Source of the DNA: Selaginella moellendorffii
Taxonomy: Eukaryota; Plantae; Lycopodiophyta
Direction of reading: 5' to 3'
Length of the DNA stretch: 64,000 nt
Assembly (NCBI RefSeq): GCF_000143415.4
Contig: NW_003314282.1
Location: forward strand, 759,872 to 823,871
Shown: positions 50,140 to 62,984 of the stretch, piece by piece
Position numbering within the stretch: the stretch's first letter is position 1
How the letters are laid out: every line of letters starts with the position of its first letter
Program-made: the position numbers and the translations under genes
Notes under the pieces: model-generated
What the model was told of the DNA's origin: nothing
The model's input: only the letters and a program-made list of their open reading frames with translations
Database searches by the model: none

Positions 50140-50830
50140 CAGAATCAATTGGATCGACCGAGAACAGTGAGGTGGAGGAGGCGCCGCGAGCTCCAGTGGA
50201 GTGCAGTGGTGGGACTGGAGGCGGGCGAAGTCCAGCTCAAGAGATGTTAAGGAACTATGGTTTCATAATGATTCTTTGTTCGATGATCGTGCATCTCGGA
50301 TCATTCGTCCCGGTTGCTGAGCGCTCTTTCGCTCGGGCATTGGTCGCCGAGATCTCTGAGCTCGCCCAGTGGATTTGACATCGAGGCCGGGAGTCACGCT
50401 GGAACTTTGGATAGACTTTTTATGAACAGGATAGAAATTGTATGAACAGGTCAAGGCAATGCTTCTACTTTCGATCTGGAACTAAGCTCTTATTCTCTGT
50501 GCTTTCTTCTTCTCAGGTCTGTTACGGAGCTGGAACGAAAGCGCAGGCTTCTTCGCAACTTGGACGCTAGAGGCGCGAAGCCGACGTCGTAGACAAGATG
50601 AAGGCCTTGGAGACCGAGATAACTGTGGCGGTCCAAAGCTTCGCCAGCCTCGACAGAAGATCACGGACCAAGAAATGCTTCCGCAACTTTTGGAAAGGTA
50701 CTTGCTTTTTTCTTCACGGCGACTCATATCACACTGTTGTTTGGATTCGATCACAGGCTTGCCGTCATTTGGAAGAACTGCTTGTCTTGCCAGTCGAAAG
50801 TCTTACCTCCCAACTTCTTCTTCTTCCTCT
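50140..50830 (+). repeat. Segment duplicated at about 46850-47495 (unidentified gene remnant plus the tail of the next gene)
   Basis: gaatcaattggatcgaccga...MKALETEITVAVQSFASLDRRSRTKKCFRNFWK occurs in both places. Confidence 0.8.
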
Positions 50831-52025
50831 TCCTCTTCCTCTTCTTCTTTGGCCAGTTTTTCCATCTGTTCTTCGTGCATCTCAGGTGTCCTGGAAAACC
50901 AAAAGACAGATTCTCAAGTGAGGAACCAAACAACTAGTCTACTTACCGATCATGGATGAACATCGCCAACAGCCTGTACATGTCCCTCGTTTCATCCTCC
51001 CGCCAGCACTCCAAATATTCCAAGTCGCGATCTTCTCCCGCGCTACTGCGGGCGAGCGTGGCGGCAAACTCCCTGCTCGACATCCCTCGGTTGTCAACAT
51101 GCGGGAAGCGCACTCGAGCCATGCGTGCCCAGAAGCACTCCCGCTTGTCGTCTGTGAAATCCGACGGAGCCAGCTCGTACACCCTGTTGCTGGAATGCCT
51201 GAGGAGCGTAGCGTGCACCTGCACAGCCGACTCCTGGAGTAAAACATAAAACGTTGAAGGTAAAGTCGGCCTCTTGGGCAAGACAACACCACCGCCACCG
51301 CCCGATGCGTCCCAGTCTGTTTCATGCAAGAACTCACGCGTCAGCTTGCAACAAAGTTGCAACAAAGGAATTCGATCACACTCACACGACGTTTCCTGCC
51401 CGATCGCCAGCGGCAGAGCAGAGCGGCACAGCCACAGCCTCGCGTCGAGGAGGGCAAGAGCGACGTTCTCGCCGTGCGTGAGAAAGGGACACGGAGAGAT
51501 TATCCGGGAGAGGATCCCGTCGGGCTCGAGAGCGCGAGAGGCATCACCTGTTTTAACAAGACCGAGCTCAGAACAAAGAAACATGCGCAGATCAATCCTA
51601 CCCGAATCCAAAGGGAGGTTCAGCAAAGTGGTGGCGAAGTTCCCGACGGGGATTTCTCGGAGCAAAAAATCGAGCTCTCCATACCACTCGGCCAACTCAG
51701 GATGTTCTCCCTTGAACGCTGCGTAAGGGGTCCTCCGCTCCAGCGACTATAAACGTCGTGGGTGAGATAAACAAGAAAAAGAGAGATTGGAGCTAACCTC
51801 GGGGTAGTCCGTGCAACGCTCGGCTGCGTAGCGCTTGTCATACCACGATTTCACGATCTCGTACAGCAAGCCTCCCTCCCTAAAGTGCAAGCAATCCCGC
51901 CGGAACGCGGTGATCACCCTCCTCATCTCGAGCGTCTCGCCAACAGCTTCCTTGAGAGCCACAGGAACTTGGGCGCCCTTTCTGGCAAACGCTCCATCCG
52001 CCATAGCCTGCTCCATAGCCGCCAT
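50803..52025 (-). CDS. Protein of unknown function, 3 exons, poly-Glu C-terminus
   Basis: MAAMEQAMADG..TDYPE|SLERRTPY..LAEWYGELDF...MFIHDR|TPEMHEEQMEKLAKEEEEEEEEEEEVGR* splices in frame across two GT-AG introns. Telo-box AAACCCTA beside the start. Confidence 0.7.
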
Positions 52026-52508
52026 AAACCCTAAAAATCCGCCCATTTGCCCATTTTATAGGGCTCTTGACAAGAATATTCGTTAAGGGGAAAAAATATT
52101 CTCTAGGGTTTTAGAATGTTGGCGCGCATTCCAAGCATGCTAGGGTTCTTGAGCGCCGGGGAATAGATTCTCAAGCACAGGGTTCCCTCGATGCAATCGC
52201 GCCTCCGTCCTGACAGAATAGGGGATTTTTGTACCGGTGTCGCCAATATTTCCGCTGTCGGGCAGCGATGTTTCTTCTGGCGCCGCTGCCATCGATGCGA
52301 GTATCCCCGCTCAAGCCAAGAGGTGTGATTGCGTGATCCAAAATGCGTGTCTTGATCGACAGTTTCAGGAGAGCGAGCGATACCGACAAGGGCTATCCAT
52401 GGAAAACTCAGGCCAACAGATACGACACGATGGTCACAAGTCAAGCGTTGGCAGAGTTTTCGCAGTTAAGATCGGCCCTCGGCAGCTCCAGGACGAAGAA
52501 AGGAGAAA

Positions 52509-55500
52509 ATGTGGCTGCTCTCGCTTGCTCTGGTGCTGCTGCTCCAGCTCTCCGCGGCGCAGAACGTTTCCTATGATCATCGATCGCTTATACTGAATGG
52601 GAAACGGAGGATTCTTCTGTCTGGATCCGTGCACTATCCTCGAGCGACACCCGAGGTCTGCCAGCTCTTTGCTATTGCTAAATAGATTTGCCAAGCTCAC
52701 TTCTTCTTTTGATACATCAGATGTGGCCGGGGATCATCCAGAAGGCAAAGGAAGGTGGGCTGGATGTGATTGAAACGTATGTGTTCTGGGATCGGCATGA
52801 ACCATCTCCAGGACAGGTGAGCTTTTCAATCGTTTTTTCTTGTCAAGTTTTCTCCTAAGTTGTTCTCTTTTGTTCATGTAGTACTACTTTGAGGGTCGAT
52901 ACGACTTGGTGAAATTCGTGAAACTCGTGCAGCAAGCTGGGCTTCTTATGAATCTCCGGATCGGCCCATACGTTTGTGCAGAATGGAACCTCGGGTAAGT
53001 TGTAACTGAGCATTTCGTTTTCTTTTTCGACTTCAGTGAGAAGAATTGCTGTGTGAACAGAGGATTTCCCATCTGGCTAAGGGACATTCCCCATATTGTC
53101 TTCAGGACAGACAACGAGCCTTTCAAAGTAAATTTCGCTTCGTTCTTTGCTAACCTGACTGATGCTACCTGGTACCTTACAGAAATATATGCAGAGTTTC
53201 TTGACAAAGATCGTAAACATGATGAAAGAAGAAAACTTGTTTGCTTCCCAAGGCGGTCCTATAATTCTAGCTCAGGTTGAAAACGAATACGGCAACGTTG
53301 ATTCGCATTATGGGGAGGCTGGTGTGAGGTACATAAACTGGGCAGCTGAGATGGCTCAAGCTCAAAACACAGGCGTCCCTTGGATAATGTGTGCGCAGTC
53401 TAAAGTTCCCGAGTACATCGTAATTTTTAGCAACTTGATCTTGTCTCTTACATTCTAAGTATCTTGCTTGTGTGCAGATTGACACCTGCAATGGAATGTA
53501 TTGCGACGGCTGGAATCCAATTCTATACAAGAAGCCAACTATGTGGACTGAAAGCTACACTGGCTGGTAGAGCACAGCTCATTCTATTCCTTAGTAGCTG
53601 TTTGCATGTCCGTCTTTTGGTTGTAGGTTCACATATTATGGATGGCCAATTCCGCACAGGCCTGTGGAGGACATTGCCTTCGCAGTTGCACGATTTTTTG
53701 AACGCGGGGGTAGCTTCCACAACTATTACATGGTCTGGGTATTGATATCATCGTCTCGAAACTGATCGTGCTAAATGCGTGTAGTATTTTGGCGGAACAA
53801 ATTTTGGGAGGACGTCAGGCGGTCCATATGTTGCAAGTAGCTATGACTACGACGCACCTTTAGATGAATATGGTAAAAGTCATGCTCAAGTTGAGTTGCT
53901 TAAAAGTTTTTGTTTTGAGTTGAAGGCATGCAGCATCTTCCTAAGTGGGGACACTTGAAGGACCTTCACGAGACGCTAAAACTGGGCGAAGAAGTTATTT
54001 TGTCAAGCGAAGGACAGCATAGTGAACTCGGTCCAAATCAAGAGGTTAATTCTCAGTTTGAATGTTCGTGTTTCTTATCAAGCTAAGTTGCAGGCCCATG
54101 TCTATTCATATGGAAACGGATGTGTGGCATTCCTTGCCAACGTCGACAGTATGAATGACACAGTTGTAGAGTTTAGAAACGTTTCCTACTCCCTGCCAGC
54201 TTGGTCTGTGAGCATTCTTCTTGATTGCAAAACCGTAGCATTCAACTCCGCAAAGGTTCGTTCTGCCTTCTTTTTGTTACTTCTGTTCTTTTCCTCTAAG
54301 GTACTCGCAGGTGAAATCGCAATCTGCGGTTGTGAGCATGAGTCCTTCAAAATCGACCTTATCATGGACATCATTCGATGAACCTGTAGGAATCTCGGGA
54401 TCAAGTTTCAAAGCTAAGCAGCTACTGGAGCAAATGGAGACGACTAAAGACACGAGTGATTATCTGTGGTACACGACAAGGTATGTTGCTATCTTTCTGT
54501 AAAAGCATGTGTATATGGAAGTTTGCAGCGTCGAGGCGACGGGAACTGGTTCAACATGGCTTTCCATTGAAAGTATGAGGGACGTTGTCCACATTTTTGT
54601 GAATGGACAGTTCCAAAGCTCTTGGCATACTAGTAAGTCGGTTCTATATAATTCGGTGGAGGCACCTATTACGCTAGCTCCTGGTTCAAATACAATTGCA
54701 CTACTGAGCGCTACGGTTGGCCTTCAAGTAAGCTACCATTTCCTAACTCTTTTTGGATGCTAAAGTTTGGATGCTTTCAAGAATTTTGGAGCCTTTATCG
54801 AGACTTGGAGTGCGGGCCTGAGCGGTTCGCTGATACTCAAGGGCCTTCCGGGTGGAGACCAGAATTTATCAAAGCAAGAGTGGACATACCAGGTTTTTTG
54901 AACTATTACCTTCCATTCTATCTAACCGCAATAACAGGTCGGTCTCAAAGGCGAAGATCTTAAACTTTTCACAGTGGAAGGCTCTCGTAGCGTAAACTGG
55001 TCAGCGGTCTCGACAGAAAAGCCTCTGACATGGTACATGGTAAGTATAAGAGCATTGAAGTTTTTGGTGGAAGCTTTCTTCAATATGTTTTTTTCCTTAA
55101 TTTCAGACAGAATTCGATGCTCCACCCGGAGATGATCCGGTTGCATTGGATTTGGCGAGCATGGGTAAAGGTCAAGCGTGGGTGAACGGACAGAGCATTG
55201 GACGATACTGGCCAGCATATAAAGCTGCGGACTCGGTCTGCCCCGAGAGCTGTGACTATCGTGGAAGCTACGATCAAAACAAATGCCTAACAGGCTGCGG
55301 ACAGTCATCTCAGCGCTGGTAACAAAGTGCTCCTTGCCATCCTTTCATTCCTTGTAAACCTTTCTGGTTTTCCAGGTATCACGTCCCTCGTTCTTGGATG
55401 AAGCCGAGAGGAAATCTTCTGGTCCTTTTCGAAGAAACCGGTGGTGATCCATCGAGCATAGACTTCGTGACGAGATCCACGAACGTGATCTGCGCACGAG

Positions 55501-55826
55501 TTTATGAGTCCCATCCAGCTTCCGTGAAGCTCTGGTGCCCGGGTGAAAAGCAAGTCATCTCCCAGATACGTTTCGCCAGCTTGGGAAATCCCGAAGGAAG
55601 TTGCGGGAGTTTCAAGGAAGGAAGCTGTCACACGAACGATCTATCCAACACAGTGGAGAAGGTTTGCTCATTTACTTTCGCTGTTTCATAGCTAAGTTTT
55701 CTCTCATTTGGATTCCAGGCTTGCGTTGGACAGAGAAGCTGCAGCTTGGCTCCCGACTTCACCATTTCCGCGTGTCCCGGGGTCCGAGAAAAGTTCTTGG
55801 CAGTAGAAGCTCTTTGCTCTTCTTAA
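52509..55826 (+). CDS. BGAL: Beta-galactosidase, GH35, with C-terminal galactose-binding (SUEL) lectin domain
   Basis: Signal [116 protein letters not shown]. Confidence 0.95.
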
Positions 55827-55908
55827 TGGTCTATGCGTTTTTTTTCTTCCTCTATAGATTCAAGTCTTTCTTCGCGTACTAATGACAGTTAGCTTTTCTT
55901 TTTCTTTG

Positions 55909-58083
55909 TCAATGAAGGAAATCATCGGCACTCTCTGCTAGATGAGCAACAAATCGATTAAACGTTCTCACCACCCATCCCGGCGATGGTGGCGACGGAA
56001 GAGAAGCTGGCTCCGTAAGAGAAGAACTGTAGCCCTCCGGGTACGTGATCAGGATCTCGTGGTCCCAGTAGCTTCTTCCATCGCAGCTCGAGGCAGCAGC
56101 AGCAGCGTTCGATTGTAGAATCGAGTTTCCGAGCAAAACTCCTGCCAGCACTCCCAGCGCAAACACCATCGGATTCATCAGACCCCAGTGCAAGCTCGAC
56201 AGGAGATCGTTTCCAGTGCGGCGGTACTTTTTCCTCTCGATCAGTTCCACCTGTGCCGGATCTCCAAACCACCGCTCCTTCGACTTCCAGCTGCTCGACG
56301 AGAGAACCAGGCAGCCGTTGGGCATTATCCTGGTGATCCGGCCGCTCCTCTCCTTGCACGGCCACTCAAACCGCGGACTTCCCCGAGCACAGCAGCTTAG
56401 CCGCACCATCTGCCCGACTCTCAGCGGCTGGATCTTCGCGAGCCTGGTTGGAACTCCAGTCCAGAGCATGTCGCAGCCAACGAACGCGACTTGCAGCTCT
56501 CCATCGTGTTGGATGCTGTGAACGATCCCGACGCAGGACGGCCGACTGCCCGAGTAGTGGTGATCCTCGTTTGTCAACCTGTGAACCCAGTCCCCGACGG
56601 TGATTCCAAACGAGACCAGCTCCAGCTCGTCCGGGCTCCCTTCCCAGAGGTCCTGCGAGCCGCAAAACTTCACCCGGACCACGATCTCTTCCCTGTCAAC
56701 TTCCACCACCACGCCCTCGGCGTTGTGCGGCGTGTAGCGCCAGCAGCCGCGCCTCGCCGACTTCTTCACTGTGACGTGATCTCCGGCTTGCAGCGGGTTC
56801 TTCCACAGGCAGAGCTTCCTCGATTCGCAGGAATAGGATTGGATCTGCTGTCTCGGCAGGCGCACTTGGACGAAGGAATCGTCTTCTTCGATCACCAGCC
56901 CGATCTTCGTCTGCTTGCTCGGCTCGTCGTAGACGTGAATCCAGTCGCCTCGTTTCAAACCAGGACTGCAACGACACTTGTTAGCAAAGGTGGTGTGTAA
57001 AGAACAAGTTTTACCTCGTCAAAGTCGCCAGGATTTGGCGGAAGTCTGGCCGATTCCTGTAGTCATACTCGAAGCAATCTTCCAAGACCCGTTGTATCGC
57101 TGCTGGTAACTCGGACGGGACGCTGGGCCTGTCACCTTTCAAAACCACCAGGTTGTAAATCTCTTGGGGCGTCTTGTCTTCCCACGGCCTCTTCCCTGTG
57201 ACCATCTCCACAATGCTGCACGCGTATCCCCACGAGTCCGTCTCGAACGCCAGCGGACCCCTCGTCTCCACGCTCCACTGCTCTGGCGCCATGTAGTTTG
57301 GAGTTCCGATGTAGAACTTGAAATCCAGGAAGCTCTTGCATCCGGAGAAGAGCAGCGGGAGCGCGTGGTCTCCGACGAAGGCGTCGTTGCTCGAGTCGAG
57401 GAGAAAGTTGCAAGGCTTTAAGTTGAGCGAGAGAACGCCGCTAGAATGGAGCTCGAGGACACCCTTGGCTATGTCCGTGGCATACCTGTGTAAAGTTCGT
57501 GAGAGAGAGCGAAGTGTCAAGGGTTTCCAACGCCAGAAAAGAGAAAGAGGCTCTCTTTCTCTTTCAAATCTAGGAGAAAGCTTACTTGAGAGCTTCCGAG
57601 AGCGAGAGCCTGTTGTCCGGGAGATGAGCCAATCGACCACCAACGGAGCCTTCATACAGAGGTGATAGAATGCAAACCTGGAAGAGCACGATAGAGAAGA
57701 GAGCTTATATGGAAAGATCTTAAAGAAACACACACCTTGCCATTCTTCATCGAAACCCCGAGAGGGACGCTCACGCCCTTGAGGCCCTGGCACGCGAAGA
57801 GCGCGGCGTCGAATCGCCTCAACACCGTCTCGATCATCTCCGAGCCGACGAGCGGCAGCATTTTCACAGCGACCTGGCGCTCCTGGGATTGAAATCTGGC
57901 GCTGGCGAGAAACACATCCCCAAACTGGCCACGCCCGATCCGATACAAGTGCCGGACATCGCCGGGGTTGATCCACGACGATGGATCGCAGGCGCTGGAC
58001 GCCGCCGCGCCTCCGCCGCCAGGAGATTCCCCGAAATACGAGCTCCGGCAGAGCTCGCATTCGTAGTCGCTGGCGCATCCCAT
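55909..58083 (-). CDS. KEG-related kinase with C-terminal HERC2-like/SH3-like repeats (At4g32250-like)
   Basis: IGRGQFGDV, VAVKML, LNLKPCNFLL, GTPNYMAPEQW, ETDSWG, then repeats GDWIHV / GDHVTV / VGDWV / VGQMVRL..PRFEWP. Confidence 0.85.
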
Positions 58084-58502
58084 GGCGCAAAACCAAAACC
58101 TAGGTAGGGAGGAATGCTTAAAAGCCAACAAAACTGGGCAAAGAGTTCCAACTTTCCTGAACAACAGAAAACAGCCTCGCCACGTCATAACACCGTTAAA
58201 ATAGTTGAAATTGGAAGCCCTAGTTACAGATTTAACTAGATCTAACAAACTGAATATTTTAATGGTCAAGACATTTTTTAATGACTGTTGTACATTTTTG
58301 GTACATGCTTCATATTCTTATAGTCTTTGCAGTAACAACTTCCACTTGTTACATGCATATATTTCTAACTTCTAACTAAAGTAATTGTTATTTTAAGAGA
58401 AATAGTTTTATATTTTAACAAGTCCAAAATAGTAAACTGTTGTTTGATATGTTCCACGGCTATTAATACAGATTAGCTGTAAGTTTAACTCTAAAAATCA
58501 TA

Positions 58503-59270
58503 ATGATTAATAGCTAATATGTTTTAGTTTTGCTAATAATATTTAGTGACAACATCTTAGCAGCTCGTATTGTGAGAGATAATCGTAGAAATCTCTCATT
58601 ATCTACAAAAAGAAACATTTTAAGAGCAATAAGAGAGGCTATAGATCGAATAGATGTTGATGTTCCATTTTACACTAGATACAAGAGTTTATCACAATTA
58701 TGGTATTAGGATATTATTATCTACTATGACTTCTGAATTGTATGTTCCTAACTATCTACGTCTCTCCAAATTACACTATTCCATGGGAAGGTTTGACATT
58801 AAGAGCTGAATTTGATAGAATTTGTAATAATTACATCCGTATTGATCATGAGATGATTAACTATGGGATTACAGAATATTATTTAGGCATGCATTAAAAG
58901 TACATCCAATTTTTCATACTTTTCTAATTTATTAAGTGGAGAATTTCTTCAATCTTTAAATAAACAGTACTCATTACATGTTCATTTAAATTGTAATGTT
59001 GTATTATATAAAGAAACTATTACCATATGGTAGACTAATACAGAAAATAAAATAAATAATTTTTATTTAACAATGAAAATTGATGGTAAATTAGTTTTGT
59101 ATGATGAATTTCATAATGTTATATGGTCATATAATATTTATTAGAAAAATATTTGGAAACCAATAGCATTATATGTTGAAGATACTGGTCATATAAGTGT
59201 TTCTAATATAGTTGAACAAACTTCTATATGGAGAGTTCCAAAAAATAATAAAAAATTCACATATATCTAG
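58503..59270 (+). pseudogene. AT-rich decayed gene ending in a bulb-type (GNA/B-lectin) domain
   Basis: 58923-59270 reads SNLLSGEFLQSLNKQYSLHVHLNCNVVLY..IW*TNT..LTMKIDGKLVLYDEFHNVIWS..LYVEDTGH..IW, i.e. three degenerate QxDxNxVxY..W repeats. A signal-like hydrophobic start begins at 58503. Confidence 0.7.
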
Positions 59271-61229
59271 GTTTTCACTAATTATAATTAGTAATATTTA
59301 TGAATATAAAAATAAGGGTGGTTTTAATAATATATTGAACGTTTATCAATTAGTAAAATATTATAAAGCTACTTAAATAAATTTTAATACAAGAAGGTTA
59401 AACATATAGTATAAATATTGTGATTGAAAGTGTTCTTGATGGATAGTACATTGTACTTTCTAATGTTCTTTTGCATATTTCTTTTCTAAATAACATAAAT
59501 AAAAACCTTGAATTAATAAAGTTATGAGTTCATGCTTATAAAGTTAGAATGAACTCATAAAAGTAATAAAGACTAATTAAATAATCCATTATAAAATTGT
59601 AAAAATGAAATTATTAATAAATAATTAATAAGAATATTTATTCCATATTTAATATATTAGTTAAATTGTATCATAAATCAAAAACCTTATTATGGTTAAA
59701 TTATATTTATTTATTTTGCAGATTCTAGAGCACTAGGCAGTTTATCAAGACTAAATTTAAATTTTTATTTATGTCTATACTTAATAAGAAATATGTTTAT
59801 TCTTTAATTAGATAGTATTTTTTATTATATTTAATAAGTTGTATTATAAGAAATAAGAGAAGCTTAAATATTTTTGGTTTGCTTAAGCAAACCTGTAGGG
59901 GGGCTGAGATGGTAGTTAATATTCCTAGAATATGCTTAGATATTCTAGGATATTCTACCATCTAACTGTTGTTATTCATTTACATTTATATTTTATTTAT
60001 AATTTATAAACATGTTTATAATTTATAGACTTGCTTAAACTCTTTGAAGTATATTCTTTTTATTCTACCATCTAATGGTTAAAATTAATCTTGTGTTTAT
60101 AAATTATAAACATGTTTATAATATTTTTATTTGATCAATTGGATTAATAAGTAGAAATAACACTACTATTAATCAAACCAAACATTGCTACATGTGACAC
60201 GTAGCAAATTATTTAATGTTTACATATAAAATACTTAGCTAATCAAATTGAGAAAATAATATATAAAAAGGATTATCATTTAAGTTAAAAAATTTAACAA
60301 TTTTAAAATTTGCATATTTATCAGGAATATACTATAAACTCACATACATTCAAAGATTATGTATAGTTTTTATAAAGTACCAACAATTATGTCAGTATTT
60401 GATGAATATATTTTATATGAATGTTCAGAAGGAATAGTACACCATAACATAATAGTATGTAAAAAAATTAATAAGTTAATATATTATTTGTTCAATATTT
60501 AATTTTTACTCTTCAAAATATATAAATTTTCATTTTTTTGATATTTTTGTTCCATAATTTTTTAAAATTGTTTATATTCTCAACATAAGCAAATAAATAT
60601 GATTGAGAATTATGATCATAATACATATCTTAATTTCAATCAATATTGTTAATGCATAATATTATTAAATTTATATTATGTGAGATAAAAAGTTTAATTA
60701 TACAATAATTATTATCAATTTCAACTGATATTTAGATTCTATTTAAAAAATATATAAAAGTGATATTTATGACGATTTTTATACTTGTGTGTAACTTTCA
60801 TAGTAGTAATATTAAACAATTCTTTTGATACTTACAAAAATTTGGATGTTTGTATAATTTATTTTGTTTTTATATACTTTTTTTTCATTTGCAGGTATAA
60901 AATATATATTCATGAGGAGATAACAAAATTAAATATTGTTTCTATAGAAAAGGTTATACATGCCAATTGTTAAGCCTTATTTAAATGTATGTATTTTTAT
61001 TACACTGTTAGGTGAAGTGGTATAACAAAGTGAAGCTAAAAGAGCAAAATAATATTACAATCATCTCATAAATATTTATATGAAAGACATTTTAAATTTT
61101 TTAAACTAGTTTCTTTAAGTACCAAAAAAAATTAAGATCTTTGATGACTTTTACCATTTTTCTATTGTAAGATAATTATGTGCATACATCATCCATAACA
61201 CGAGAGACATGTGGGATGACAACTTCTAC

Positions 61230-61236
61230 TATAAAT
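61230..61236 (+). promoter_or_regulatory. TATA box of the Cys-rich peptide gene
   Basis: TATAAAT about 70 bp upstream of the ATG at 61301; AATAAA at about 61850. Confidence 0.55.
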
Positions 61237-61300
61237 TGGCCACACCAAAGGGCATTTGTATGAAGTATTGCTTCTATTATTTCTGTTTGCTTCAATAGTC

Positions 61301-61791
61301 ATGGCTCTTGTTCGAGTTTCTTGCATCTTTCTGCTGCCATTGCTTTTGCTCGCAATTGCCAATGCTGCTAAAGAAGGTATCGATTTGATTGCATAATGTT
61401 TCAGCTAAATATCAGTCTTGTGTCCATAGCAACGGTGGTTTTGGAAGGGGTGGATGTTATGCATGATCCACGATATTTGGCTACTATCCTGGGAAACGAA
61501 GGCCTAGGTGCTGCATTCACCCATGATGAGATTTTTCTTGTTATTTATTTTTATGTCTTTTTTTGTGCAGGACTAACAAGTGTTCTGGGCGACACTTATT
61601 GTTGCCTCAAGAACGGCTATGGGTGCATGCAAAATTGCGACTCATCCAAGAACTACTCATGCTGCCTCAAGAATGGATATGGCTGCACGTGGATGTGCGA
61701 GAATGGTGTGGAGCACTACTGCTGTGAGAAGAATGGCTATGGCTGCACCAAGATGTGTCCCAAGTCTACAGTCACGTTTGGCAACCTGTAA
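61301..61791 (+). CDS. Secreted precursor with three tandem 4-Cys peptide repeats (3 exons)
   Basis: MALVRVSCIFLLPLLLLAIANAAKE|ATVVLEGVDVMHDPRYLATILGNEGL|GLTSVLGDTY-CCLKNGYGCMQNC-DSSKNYS-CCLKNGYGCTWMC-ENGVEHY-CCEKNGYGCTKMC-PKSTVTFGNL*. Phase-1 introns at 61377-61429 and 61508-61570. Confidence 0.85.
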
Positions 61792-62984
61792 AATGGATAA
61801 TGTGTGGATGTGTATGCGTGCCGCTATAGATCTATGGCGGCCAGCTTCAAATAAAAACTGAGTGGCTCACTCTCTGACTTTCTTTTTAGAGTCTTGAGCT
61901 TAATTCATCCTCTTTCTTCTTTCAAGATTGCACATCCTCACTGTCTTGTCGCGTTTTTCCACCACAATGCCCGTGTGTGCACTGCGGACAAACCCAGTGA
62001 TCTTGCTTTTAGAAGGCTGTGATGATCAAAGTAGCCGAGGGTGATTTCCAGGTTCTGTGAGTGGCTGTCCCGGTTCCAAAATCAGCATTGCCTGTGATTT
62101 CTTGGATTTTCTTTAATGAATATACAAAAGATCAAAGATGGCAGCAGCTTTAGCGAAAGACGATGGTCAAGCATGTATAAAGAAAGAAGCCTCTTCATAG
62201 CTCCTTTTAGATCTGAAATCAGGAAACAAGGAGCACCGCCCCCGGACATTGGTCGTGATTCGCATTGTCTGCAAGGGGATCACCTCGAGACGATGCAGCG
62301 AAATACGAGCGTTTGATCGTCCAGTGCGTTGCTGCTACCTCGCATGAGGAGGAAGGCCAGAGACTGTCGAGTTCTTGTCACAACAACTTGCACCTACATG
62401 TCTTTGGCCTGACATGGAAGTTATGATACTTAAAACTCATGCATATCCATACGGATATTCGCCTAATTGCTGATGCATTCATGGCAACCCATACCGACCT
62501 GAAGCCGCTTGGCCACAGTGGCCGAAGGAGACAATAAATCCAAGAACCGACTCTGTCATATGGATGCACTTTCAAACTTCGTTCTTGTATAAGAAAAGAG
62601 AAAAATCAAAACTAACAGAAGGACTTTGGCAGAGTCGCTGCTCTTAAATTTTATTTTGTATGTTGAATGCTTTTCATCTTTATTCATCAATTGTGTGGAC
62701 TCTCAGCTATTTCTGTACTTTATGAGCTAGAACCATGACACCCGTTTGAATTCCCGGAGAACCCCAAAACAAGCAACTAGTTGCGGAATTGGGCGGCACG
62801 GGCTGGCTCCGGCTCGGGCGGCGCCGTGGGTTGCTCCGGCTCCTGCGGTGGCGGAGGATCTGGCAGCTCCTCAACTTCACTGCCAGACACTTTCGCCGCT
62901 TGCCGGTCGCCTCTACACCTCGTTGGCCTTGAAGTCGCCGGTGATGATTAGCGTTGAGCAGCAGCCGTCAAGTAGTTTCTCCAC

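Noticed and set aside
52237-52596. Upstream ORFs as the BGAL start
   Set aside because: Out of frame with NVSYDHR; the in-frame signal-peptide start is at 52509.
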